Translations under genes and position numbers: made by a program
The notes under the pieces: model-generated
The model's input: only the letters and a program-made list of their open reading frames with translations
What the model was told of the DNA's origin: nothing
Database searches by the model: none
Assembly (NCBI GenBank): GCA_017499595.2
Contig: CM039007.1
Span: forward strand, 2,666,001 to 2,730,000
Source: Psilocybe cubensis
Lineage: Eukaryota
Length of the DNA: 64,000 nt
Direction of reading: 5' to 3'
Shown here: positions 12,038 to 24,433 of the stretch, piece after piece
Layout: the number at the start of each line of letters is the position of its first letter
Position numbering within the stretch: position 1 is the stretch's first letter

Positions 12038-12967
12038 GATGGAGCTAATGTGGTGTGGTTGTGGTGGTGGTGTTTATTGTAGGAGGTTATTGATGTGGCA
12101 AACGTTGGTGGACAGTAATGTGTTTGCGTTCAGGAAGTGGGGTGAGTAGGTAAGTTGTGCGATTTGTGCAGAATTTGTGCGACTGCATGCCCATCTTTAT
12201 ACACACGAAGAACATAGGAGATTTTGAAATTTTGTCGTCTCAGATCGAGCATACGTTAGGACGCAGACGTGACCTTAGACATGACTACATACCCAAGAAA
12301 ATGACAAGTAGGTTTGACCGCGCCAAGTGTCTAATCTATTTTGGGAACATTTCTGCTGGTCGACTTCAAAACTAAAGCATAGACGTCGACTTTGAAGAAA
12401 TACAGTAGCATTACTGGGAGATATCTTCCATCGAGCTCTAACATCTTTGACTATATTCAATTAACAATAACACTCCAATGACTCGAAACCATAGAGTATA
12501 TCATTTTCATTGCGAGCAAGGGATTTTCTGTGGGCGTTAAACTTTATACCTATAAATAGAATCGGGGTGCCCTTGGCAGAAAAATCACGGGTACGAATGC
12601 GATGCCTGCGGAACTGCGGACAAGGTAACAAGGGTGAAAGGTCAGGCCGATCGTTCATTCGGTTGCGAGGTTCTAAAAGCAATGGGGAGTGCATCTAACT
12701 TATGCCAAAAGGTATATAACTGATGTCACTTGGTAACCGAAATGCTCCACCGACAACATCACAAAGCGGGTAACTATCAAAATTTTTAAAGAATGGAGTC
12801 CGTCGCTAGCATTGTCTATGTGTCGAGAAATAAAATAAAGGAAATGAATGAAAGTACATAAAATACGAGTCCATTAAGGATTGTGTGCGCTAAGAATGTG
12901 GATTTTGCGCGGTGACGACTCGGACGTGTGCAGTGGTGGCTTGTGGGTTCGTATTCCAAATGGGGTA

Positions 12968-13398
12968 TTAGACGAGGGCGGCAAGGACTCCTGCAACAAC
13001 GAGAGCAGCCACGCCGTGCGCGCCGTTGGCCAAAGCAGCGCCAGTACTAGATGGCGCAGCTGCGCTATCCGTCGAGGTTTGGTTGGCAGCGGCACCCGAA
13101 ATGCTTGCAGAGGCAGAGCTGGCTGACGCGCTGACGGAAGATGTTGCGTTAGATGCGGCATCGCTGACGGATGCCAATGCAGATGAAGCCGAGGCGGATA
13201 CCGAGGAAACGGAAGACGATTGAGCGCTGGACAAGAAAGGTTCAGGTTGCAATTATAATATCAAGACATCTATGTAGATAAATACCTCGCTGCAGCGGAG
13301 GAAGCACTACCAGTGGGTGCGGCAGATCCAGGAGAAGTCGATGTCTGCGCATATGCAGCAATTGCAAAGAGGGAAAGGATGGTAATGGAGAACCTCAT
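12968..13398 (-). CDS. Small secreted Ser/Ala-rich, probably GPI-anchored protein (2 exons); paralog of 11572-12037
   Basis: Signal peptide MRFSITILSLFAIAAYA, one intron, Ser-rich body, tail ...STGAALANGAHGVAALVVAGVLAALV*. Confidence 0.8.
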
Positions 13399-14319
13399 CG
13401 TGTGTTGCTGTAAATTTGTTTTGGGTATGTGACTGCGAACAAAGAGGCAGGAATAAAGACCTCCAATTCGAATGATTGTATTTTATATGCTTTCTAAAAG
13501 TGCTATTCACATGACGTCTAACATTGCGTCAAGCTCTCGGTAAAGTAATGAATTCTTTCCACATCAACAATCCAATGAAGTTGAACGGTGATGCAAAATG
13601 CCGCCGATCAATATTCCTGGGGAGCAGTAGGCTATTTTTAACTGTAGAAATGACATACAACTCTGATTTCTAGGGCACAACATTGACCATAGAATAGCTC
13701 GCATGTACGCAGTATCTTTGTCCACATTTTCCCGTACACTAAATGTCGAGCTTTGTTAAACAAAGGATGGCACCAGCAAGTATGTACAATAACCTCGTCG
13801 CCAGCATGACGACGAGATTCTGTGGGGCCGAATCAAAGGCCCCACGACAGGGCTATTTCAATCGACATTTTTGGGGCACAAATCAACTGATATGTGTGAA
13901 TGGAAGTATATAAAACAGGTGTATGAACCTGAACATCACACGTATTGAGTAATTTTGTGCACTGTCGCGCCATTCTGCCAGATACATAGCTGTTGGAAGA
14001 GTCTAGTTGCTCCACCTGACTATGCTTCTTGCGGAACCATTATCGCGCAGAGCCCGCTCCCCGATGCCAATGGACGCCTGCTGGGGTATGGGGCAGCTCT
14101 GTAACAACAGCGTATACCTGTAACTGCGAGCATAACGAACAAATCAAGATCATGATGTGATAGGGGTTCAATAGGGGCCCTACAACCCGTATACGTTCTC
14201 ATTTCTATTATGTAAAGATAGATTTAGTCTGAGGGACTGTGAGTTTGACCAAATCCGTTATGACGCACTGGACCATTCTGGCCGGAAAAAAGCGGTCAGG
14301 CGTAGGGCATCGCACCTTA

Positions 14320-14496
14320 TTGAACAAACAGTTGTTCTTTTACAAGTTTTATGTAAGTTCAGCTGTAAGTTCGACATACATGGAAATTATTTGAGTAAGT
14401 TTGACATACATCATGACTTACACTCAAATAATTTCCATGTATGTCGAACTTACAGCTGAACTTACAAAACTTGTAAAAGAATAGCTGTTTGTTCAA
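14320..14496. mobile_element. MITE-like foldback element (177 bp hairpin)
   Basis: TTGAACAAACAG...CTGTTTGTTCAA arms of about 80 bp with few mismatches; CTTA on both flanks (14316-14319 and 14497-14500). Confidence 0.7.
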
Positions 14497-14724
14497 CTTA
14501 CAGCATCTGCGGGTAGTCGATCGTGCCGTGTTTTTGGAGCCGAGATTGAAAGTCCGCCTGTACGTGAACATTGTCCGGCCATCACTCGGCGGATAGTATT
14601 GACTCAGATCTGGCTTTGATAATATAAACAAATAAGACCAGTGGCCCAAGGTCGTCGAGTTGACGCGACTTTCCAATACCATCACCTATTCACCAATCAT
14701 TCAGCGCCCAGCTGTTGAACATCA

Positions 14725-15410
14725 ATGGATACCGCATTCCGAAAGATTGATATCGATATCTACGATGAAGATGTGCTTCAAGAATCGGAGCTGTACGAGG
14801 CAGATCCACGCGATCCTGCAGAAGTGCTTGAGGATGCGAAACAGAGAGCAGGGCATGTTAGGAGTTTGCTAGCAAAGTAGGTTTCTGTCTTTGAATGCAG
14901 ATATCAGAATGCCGTGCATTTTGCTGCGCCGCAGCTGCTTGTGTGGAGTTGACGAGCGCTTATAGATACTAACGGTTTCGTGTCAGGAACGATATTCCAG
15001 GCGCTCTGACCATCATCCTCGACAACGCCCCGTACGGACCAAACATTGACGATGCCAAGGTGAGTTCGTGTTTCGATTCTACATAAGAAGGCACTCATCT
15101 ATTCTTGAAGATCATCACTCTCCAAACCTTGCTGACTATTCTCAACACCACGAAATCCGCCGATATTCCAGGAGTCATCAAGGCACTGTCGATGGATACC
15201 CAAGATACCCTGATGAAGTATCTCTACAAAGGAATGGCGATGCCGGGCTGGGGGGACATCAGCGGGAGCGTTTTGTTGGGGTGGCATGAAAAGGTGAGTT
15301 CATTAATGTTTGATTCGTGTCTGTTGGCATTAACGATTTCTCTCTAGTTGACTGAAGTAGCGGGTGTAGGCTGCATTGTGCGAACGATGACCGATCGTAG
15401 GATTGTATAA
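14725..15410 (+). CDS. ARPC5: Arp2/3 complex subunit 5 (16 kDa), multi-exon
   Basis: MDTAFRKIDIDIYDED...DTLMKYLYKGM...LLGWHEK/LTEVAGVGCIVRTMTDRRIV*. Confidence 0.95.
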
Positions 15411-18400
15411 TGACTATTTTTAGTGCGAATTGAACTGTACATTGTAATTTTCTGATTGGGGAGCTTCCTAGATATCTATCCATCGGCTACGCGGAAAGCG
15501 TACGTGGCACCGAAAGAGCCCTGAGGAGAAAATCGAAATGTGTGCCTCGGATGTCGCCAGCTGTGAAGATCCACATTTCTTTCCCTTTGCATGTCTTCAT
15601 AAACTTGAACAACATGGAAAGAGTCCCTTCATGTCCTGTTGACAACAAACGGCAGGCTTTACTGACAGTTCTCAATTTCAGCTCTGTTCGGCACTGCAAC
15701 GAGGTCGTTGGAACGAGGAATAAAAATAGTGGAAACAGACAGAAGTGAAATGAATGGAACGATACCGCCATGAGGCATTCTCATGACCTTCAGCTCGCTT
15801 GCGACTTGCATCCTCATTATACTCCCTCCTCTTCGACCTCTGCATTTCTATACACTACGACCATGACCACCGACAAACAGTTGCTACTCAGTGCAATCCT
15901 ATCCAGTAAGAGAGCGAGGACCATACAGAGAGAGAAAAGTCCTTATTTTTATCTGCTATGTAGACATCAAAGTGACAGGCGAACTATTTGACAAAACCAG
16001 GATACGATCCTTCTACTGGTTTAAAATCTATGTCGACAACTGCAAAGTATTTAAATCAAATAAACGCAAGCCTATTTCTCAAATGCTTTCCTGGGAATAC
16101 GGCTCGGAGACCAAAATGTGAGCTTGGCTACAAATGTTTGTCTTGCTCCGTCGCTTAATACCATCCCAGAAACTTTTCCGCGTCATCAGTAATTAGAGTT
16201 AAACTCCACCGGGGATTTGGTTGGCGAATAGACAAGGTGCCGCTGACCAAGATACAAGTCACACACTTTGAGGGACGAATTGAGCAATTGCTTGACAATG
16301 GTATGTATCTTATTCGTCGCAATTAGGAAATGCAATTAAGGAATGCCTCGTATAGATTCCCAGTCGATCGCGTTGAAAAATAAAAAAGGAGGGACAATTG
16401 CACAGATGAACATAACTCTTTCTCTGCTCCCGGCAGGCGATGAATTCATCTCGGATTTCATGAAGAAAGTAGAATGCGATGTGGCCAATCTGAAAGGCAC
16501 TGAAGGCTTCAGCACCCGTGTGATGTCGGTTCTTGGACCTATCCTGCAGAATACGAGGACTTTGATGGACATTGTGGCTGATGTGAGTGACTCGTGTTCA
16601 GCAAAATATTATATTATTCAGCTTTAAATTAGGCAAATCCAATACTGAAGATATCATGGACCGTCATTTCAAGGGTCTACGATGTATGATGCTTCATATC
16701 CACAAGATACGCAAACTAATCCATCTTCACAACAGGCGACACAGGACACGGAAATCAAGGACCAATCAATCCGAGAGCTGGCTGAAACTTTGCGCGAAAT
16801 GCTCGCTACTGCGAATGAGAAACTGGATTTGCCGAGAATACCAGACGCGGTCGACATCATCAAAGAAATTGGCCTGCAAAGCATACAGGTTGCATCACTC
16901 GTCCACGAGTATACTCGATCGTCCTTCGCCGGTAATTGACCTATGTCTTGTGATGTCAATCAGACTGACCTATTTATGCAGTAAGGACATTGAAATTAGG
17001 TGCTGGGAGTATGAGCGAGCGCATTGAGGCATGCCAAAGCAGGTGTTTAGCTCTCAAGGATAGGTTCTACGAACGCGTGCAGCTTGAGACGAACAAAACT
17101 GTAAAAGAAAGTCGTATGTGTGTTTTATGTCTTATGAACGTTTTCGTTCAACATTGTTGGGGAATTAGAGGATGCTATAAAAAACATCAAGACCGAGGTC
17201 CGCAAGCTGAAGGACGATGCCATAGGTATCCAGTTTTTACTGCTGTTATTGATTCGTGTCTGAGACCAGCATTAAACGTCATGTACTGAAGCGGAAAAAT
17301 TTTTCAAATGGCTGTGGCCATCCGACCGCCCAATCGACATCTCCAAAAACTATAACGAAGCTCATGGGAAACGCCACCAACAGACATGTTCCTGGTTTCT
17401 CGAGGACGAGAGATTCGGACGATGGTTACATAAGCCTGGTTTCATCTGGGTACACGGAAAGGGTGAGCATTCTTGTTCTGTAATCTTGAACGTAAGACTA
17501 ATCTTCAACAGCGGGAAGTGGGAAGACGATCTTGATGTACGCGTCGAGTTTCTTGGATGATCTATAACCTAGATTTACGAGTTGCACAGGTCCTCGATCA
17601 TCGATAAACTGCCAAAGCCCAACTCGTCGACTGGTGTTGCCCATTTCTTCTTTGACGCCCGTGACGGCCAGACAGATTCCCAGCTCCATATGAAATTTAT
17701 ACGATCACTGGCCTACCAACTATGCGACTCCCGCCATGGAGGGATTCCACAACAAATGGTTGACCTTTATACAGATTGCGGTTCTTTGCAGCCATTGGAT
17801 GATCAACTCGAGGATGCATTGCAACAGATTCTGGTAGGATTCGAGCGTGTTTTTATTGTCCTTGACGCTCTGGATGAATGCTCAGATCGGGAACGAACTC
17901 TCGATTGGGTCCGGAAACTCCTCGCTCATGCACAAACGCAAACTAATATTCATCTGCTGATTACAAGTCGACGTGAGGTAGACATCACCGACGTTTTTCA
18001 CAATCTCGCTGGTGACCATGTTGACGTCGTAAATCCTGCAAACAAAGATATTGAGGGGTATATCAGCGAGAGAATCAAATCGTCCAAACTTCAGCGATTC
18101 AATGAAACAATTCGGGGTGACGTAGAGAGACGATTACGGGATCGTGCTGATGGATCGTAAGCTCCACAATATGGATCGTGATTATTGTACAGTGATACTG
18201 ATTATGGTCACAGGTTTCGATACACTGCGCTGATGGTGGCCGAATTGGAACAGTGTTCAAGCTTGGCCAAGTTGGAGAAGGCGTTGACCGAGTTGCCAGA
18301 TGGTTTGAACGAGATATATGCACGGATTCTGTTTAAATGCAAATCTGAAGACGCTTTGGATCTTCGGAAATTTCTACAGTTCCTTGCATTCTCGATGGAA

Positions 18401-19159
18401 GCCATACGACTTGATGAACTGGCGGAGATTATTACAATCGAATTCTCCTCGGATGATCAGACTGTTTTTAATCCAAACAAGCGGTATGCCGACCTCTCTG
18501 ACATCCTGGTGCTATGTGGGGGACTCGTTGTAGTGGCAAAAGATTCTTGGTATTCGCGTGAGTCCTTGTTCTTTCGGATATACATAAAAATTGGACTTAC
18601 CCAGGTGGGTTGAAGCGGGTTATATCAAATTGTCTCATTTTTCAGTCAAAGAATATCTCATCTCTTGCCGAGTTCAAGACACATTTCGTTTGGTCGAGAC
18701 CGCCGCTCACATTGATATATCGAAAACGTTACTCTCCTATCTTTTGGAGATGTACTCCATTAGCAACGACCCGTTCTCCCCTGCGTTCCCGCTAAGAAAT
18801 TATGCGGCACTGACGTGGGTCCGACATGTCCAGTATGATTCAGAAGGGGTAGAAAGGGACGCCGTCATCTGCAAGCTCGTCGCGCGTCTCTTAAGTATTG
18901 GGATTCCAGGGTTAGTTAGCGAAACCATACTCGAACTCACCTCGGAAGAATCGCCACGTTGGAATCCCAACACAGTGGTTGCCAGGGCATTGCATTGGGC
19001 ATCGATACTAGGAATTCCGGCAGTCATTGAAAACCTATTGGGAGAAGTAGGTAACAAAAACACAGGCATATATCCCGACGGAGAAAGGCAGCAGGCAGCA
19101 TCAGCCACTAAGCATCATGTCGCTAAGGATCATTCAATAAAAGGCAGCACAGGCTGGGA

Positions 19160-21280
19160 TGTCAATGCTGTGGGTGGCATGTACGGCACTGCACTCCAGG
19201 CGGCATCTGTTTCAGGTAATAAATCGGTTGTTGCAGCACTCCTTAAGCACGGCGCGGATATCAATGCTGTCGGTGGCAAGTTCGGCACTGCGCTCCAGGC
19301 GGCATCGTATGCGGGCCATCAATCAGTCGTTAGAGAGCTTCTCGAGTACGGAGCGGATGTAAATGTTGTTGGTGGCGAGTACGGCTCTGCGCTCCATGCG
19401 GCATCATCTGCGGGTCATAATTCGGTGGTTAAAGCTCTCCTACAGTCCGGAGCCGATGTCCATGCTATAGACGGCAAGTTGGGCATTGTGCCCGAGGCAG
19501 CAGCAACTGGGGGACTTATATCATCGGTTGAAGCGTTGCTCACGTACGGCGCACATTTCAATGGTGTGTGTGGCGGGTTTGGTACTGCCCTCCAGGTAGC
19601 ATCATCAGCAGGAAAAGAATTGGTGGTTGAAACACTCCTGCTGCACGGCGCCGATGTTAATGCTGTGGGTGGCAAGTTCGGCACTGCACTCCAAGCGGCA
19701 GCATACGGGGGCCATCAATCATTGGTTGAAGCGCTGGTCAAGCACGGCGCAGATGTAAATGTTGTGAGCGGCTACTATGGCACTGCGCTCCAGGCAGCAT
19801 CTTTTCGTGGTTATAATTCGATGATTGAGACACTCCTCAAGCACGGAGCATATGTGAATGCTGCTATAGGTGGTGTCTATGGCACCGCACTCCAGGCGGC
19901 AGCATGTACAGGCCATGGATCAGTGATTGAGGCACTCCTCAAGCATGGAGCAGATGTCAATGCTGTGGGCGGCAAATATGGAACCGCGCTTCAGGCGGCG
20001 TCGTATATACCAACGTATATTGGTAGCGGTAGCTTGCACACCATGGGAGACTTATATGGGGCCAATCAATCATTGGTCAAGAAATTACTCAAGTATGGAG
20101 CGGATAACAATGCTGTGGGGGAAAATTATGTCTCTGCGCGCCAGGCATTTTTACAATCGCTAGATGAAGCACGCACGCAGCGCAGCACAGAAATCTGGGG
20201 TGTGGGTGGCAATTCCGGCACTTCGATCCAGATAGCATCATCTGTTGGAAAAGATACAGTGGTTGAATTACTCCTGCAGCACGGAGCGGATGTCAATACT
20301 ATGGGCGGCAAGTTCGCCACTGCACTCCAGGCGGCATCTGTTTCTGGATGTACCTCGGTGATTAAAACACTCCTGCAGCACGGAGCAGATGTCAATGCTG
20401 TGGGAGGAATGTACGGAACTGCGCTTCAGGCGGCATCATACAGACCAAAGTATCATAATATGCGGTCCTCGGACCTCATGGAAGACCCATGTAGGGACAA
20501 TCAATCATCTAGCAAAACACTTCTGCAGCATGGCACGGATGTCAACCTTGTGCATGGTGATTTTGGCAAGGCTGCACTCCAGGCAATGTCAATTGGGGGC
20601 TCTTACCCTGTGGTTGAAGCACTACTGAAGCACGGCTCGGATGTGAATATTGTGGGTGGTGCGTTCAACACAGCGCTACAGGCGGCAGCATATGGGGGTC
20701 ATCAATCATTGGTTGGAGCACTACTCAAGCTCGGAGCAGATATCAACGCTGTGGGCGGCTTATTTAACACTGCACTCCATGCTGCATCGTCTGAGGGTCA
20801 TAATTCAGTGGTTGAAGCCTTGCTGCAACACGGTGCAGATGTCAATATTGTATGTGACAAGTTCGGCACTGCACTCCATGCCGCATCGTCTGAGGGTCAT
20901 AATCTGGTTGTTGAAGTACTCCTGCAATACGGCGCAGATGTCAATGTTGTATGTGGCAAGCTCGGCACTCCGCTCCAGGTAGCGTCTCGTTGGGGTCGCC
21001 ACTCGGTTGTCGAAGCACTGCTGCAGCATGGTGCGGAAGTCAATGTTGTCTGTGGCGAGTTTGGCACTGCACTCCATGCTGCATCGTCTAAAGGTCATAA
21101 TTCAGTGGTTGAAGCCCTGCTGCAGCACGGTGCGAATGTCAATGCTATCTATGGCGAGCTCGGCACTGCACTTCATGTGGCATCATTTGTGGGTCATAAT
21201 TCGGTGGTTGAAGTACTCCTGCAATACGGCGCGGATTTCAATGTCATTGGCAAATATGGCACCGCACTCCAGATGGCGTC
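19160..21280 (+). repeat. Tandem ankyrin-repeat coding array (units of about 99 bp)
   Basis: Repeated GATGTCAATGCTGT...GGCACTGCACTCCAGGCGGCATC units encoding 33-aa ankyrin repeats. Confidence 0.9.
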
Positions 21281-22111
21281 TGTCGGAAATTTCAGAACCG
21301 CCTTTTAAGGTCCGCAAGGCCGGAAAGATGCCGGCGGCCTTATGATGCCTTCGTATTTGAAAGGTTGTCTTACTAAGGACAGTCTGTGTTATAAGATAGA
21401 AGCATTATAATACATTTTAAGGGTTTTTGTGCATTTGAAGGTACATAAGGATGATAAGTTAACCAAGTCTTACAAGGCAAGAAATGACATTAGATAGCGA
21501 TGCAAAGATAACGATGAAGTAGACGGCCTAAGGGAGACTTACCTTATGTTCAATGCTCTTACAATTTAGACACTAGCCTTTACTATCTTACCATGACAGA
21601 CTTACCTTACCAGACGAAAGACGCACTCACCGGGGATTGAACACTCACCGCACCTTACAAGACAGAAGCCATAACCACTATACCATGAGGGAATTTCTAA
21701 TTCGTAAAGTGATCTGATCATACCACATTGGTATTATCTTATCTCTGAGATAATCCGCGAACTGATGGGAAGAAGATTTGCCACCGTTTTCGCAATCGAA
21801 ACGTGAACTGAGGACCTTGCAGTGTAAATGAGTGCATCGGATGCAGAGGAAAAAGAATGTGAATATAAAGGAATGTTAATATACACAGGTTGTATCCGTT
21901 GTAAGTGTCTACATAATGAATGGAGTGGTAAATACATCTATCAATCAAACTTCACTCGGTAGGCGAAAACAGATGCATAGACCAACAAAAAGGGAACAAT
22001 GAAGCAACCCATGGTTGGATAGCGAAAGAAGAGTAAGTTTTTTTTTAATGCATAACAACGGTACAAATGTGAATGAGACATCAAAAGACAAATAAACCAC
22101 TATACCAAGAA

Positions 22112-24077
22112 TCACTTTGGTGCATTGCTTCGAGAGCTAGCACGAGTACTGCGGGCCCTTGTTGGAACAATAGTTGCATCTTGTTGAAGAGGTGTGACGG
22201 CTTTCTTCTTCCTCGAACGGACAGGCTTCTGTGGAATAGAAACATGTGCCACTTGTTGTGGCGTGTTTGCGGTAACTGGTGCAGTGTTTGACGATGGATT
22301 TGAAGGACCAGAGTGGTCCTGGAATGAGGTGGAGATACTCGGCAATTCTACAGCAGCAGGGAGAGTGGAGTAAGATGGTAATGTACCCGGATTGTTTGTG
22401 ATTGGTGCATGGGCGCCATCTGAATCCGAATTGTCCGAATTGTCGAGTTCGGCTTCTGGATGAATAATATGCCCGATGTGGGACACTTGTGAGACCTGAG
22501 ATGCAGGGGGACCAAAGTATTCGATGTCCGAGTCAGTTTTATCACCCAAATTGTCGTCCTGTGTTTGAACGGGTGCCTCCAAGTCAATTGTAGACTGGCG
22601 ATTGAAGTTATTGATCACATGCTGCAATGGATCATCGGGGGCTGGCACTAATCCTGTTGATATGATTACAGTTGGCTGTGGGGCAAGCAGAGTTGACGGT
22701 GCTGTTTGCGAATGGGGAAATAATGATGTGTCCCAGAATGAAAAAAGCGATGTAAGGGATTTGTACTGTGTGATGAGATAGCGCTTGTACATATCAAAGT
22801 GGTCCAGATATCGTCTTCCAGTCCGAGATCCTACTCCGCTGCTTGTAAACTCAATATCGTCCGATAACATGTAAATTGCCTGAAAAAGATTTGACAATAT
22901 ATTCAGTAGGGCGTCAATCAAATGTAAAATTGTCAATTTGTTACTTACACATGTAGCGCACCATGCAATTAAGCCTGGAGTTGTGCGATTTTGGCGATTA
23001 TCCATATGCGCATAGGGACTGTCATCACGAGAGCGGCGTACTTCATCACTTTTCAATGCAGATGGTCCCACAATAATGGTTCGGCCAATCTTGTATGAGT
23101 AGTAAGTACAAATAGTTTGTTTAAAAGTTGTAATATAAAGCATACCCGAATGAGCTCATCGGCTTTAAACAGTCCAAGCGCATTTTGAATGTCTGCATGT
23201 GCGTAAAGAAGAGGCGGGAATGCTTCGAGATGAGGATTTGAATAGGATAGCTTCCATTCATTGGTTGTGGGGTCCTTGATACGAGATACGGCGAGCAATC
23301 GTTGTACCTCTGTGTGTTCGCTGAGGTGTTTAACGGGGAGATTAGATGGACGAGATGATGAGCACAAGAGAAAAACAGTCGCTGGAATGGTTGGGAAAAT
23401 AGTTGGAGCAACCCCGCGTAGCTTGTTCAATACGGAGGAGCGAAGATCCGAGATGCCTTTTAAGAACTAAAATCAATGTATACTAAGATTTAAACCTTGA
23501 AAACATTGAAAAATAACGTACCGCTGAGACTGCCAAATCCATATTATCTCCACTGATAATGGAATGGTACTTTGCAGGTATGCATTCGTATAATTCAGCA
23601 ATGTTGGCCAGCCGTGAATTTTCAGCGGTTAAATAACGCCTTTTTGCATCAAATGGGTCAATCGATGGCCTTGGAGACCCGAAGAAGTCCTTGGGGACTA
23701 TAATGCGGTAGAAAGTGGCGTGATACTTTCCAAGTCGATGGAGATCTTTGGTAAGAGCCAGCTCTGCAGAAACATTGACAGTACTCGCAGAGACCTTTTT
23801 CCGCTTAATAAGAGAAAGCTTTGCATTGCTTAGCTCCTCTTGAAGGCTTTTGACTTTGAGTTCTAGAAGCTGGATCGTCTCGCGCTGGCTATTGACCTGC
23901 TAAACATTGTCAAACAAGTGTTAGTGCTCAAATTTGTATACAACACAATATAATGGATGGTTAACTTACAGATTGAAGCTCGTCGTAGGTTGCACGACGA
24001 AATTGTACACCAGAGATAGACTCTTCTCCAGCAACAGAACTTGGAACAATAGATGATGATGCAGATACAGTAGACAT
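22112..24077 (-). CDS. Second (accessory) multi-exon gene of the Plavaka element; function unknown
   Basis: Probable start MSTVSASSSIVPSS at 24077, several GT-AG introns, long last exon ending in a basic, NLS-like tail (PVRSRKKK...RARSTR). Confidence 0.6.
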
Positions 24078-24433
24078 AGTAGAAGCTTGTTGATATTTTT
24101 CCTCGGGGTGTGAAAGAAGAAAATGCCTATAGAAACATACTGTCTGCTCTACATTTGTAGAATTTTGGATAGACAGAGATACACGAACATTTCGTCAACC
24201 TGCAATGAGGCCACACACTAGCTATCACGTGTGAGAATTATATTAAGCGCTCAACGTGGACTTCAAGTATTTTGGGTAGTATGACCATCTGACCTCACCA
24301 AATGAATAAATTTCTTTACAATTCCAGGATGCGATAAGAGATAGGGTAGATATGAGTTCATTTGAGTTCAGATAAGCCTAGAAGTTTAATTTACAGCTTC
24401 TACAAAATGAGTAGCCACTAGAATTTTAATTTA

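Noticed and set aside
19160..21280. Regularly spaced repeats as a possible CRISPR-like array
   Set aside because: They are in-frame ankyrin coding repeats in a eukaryotic gene.
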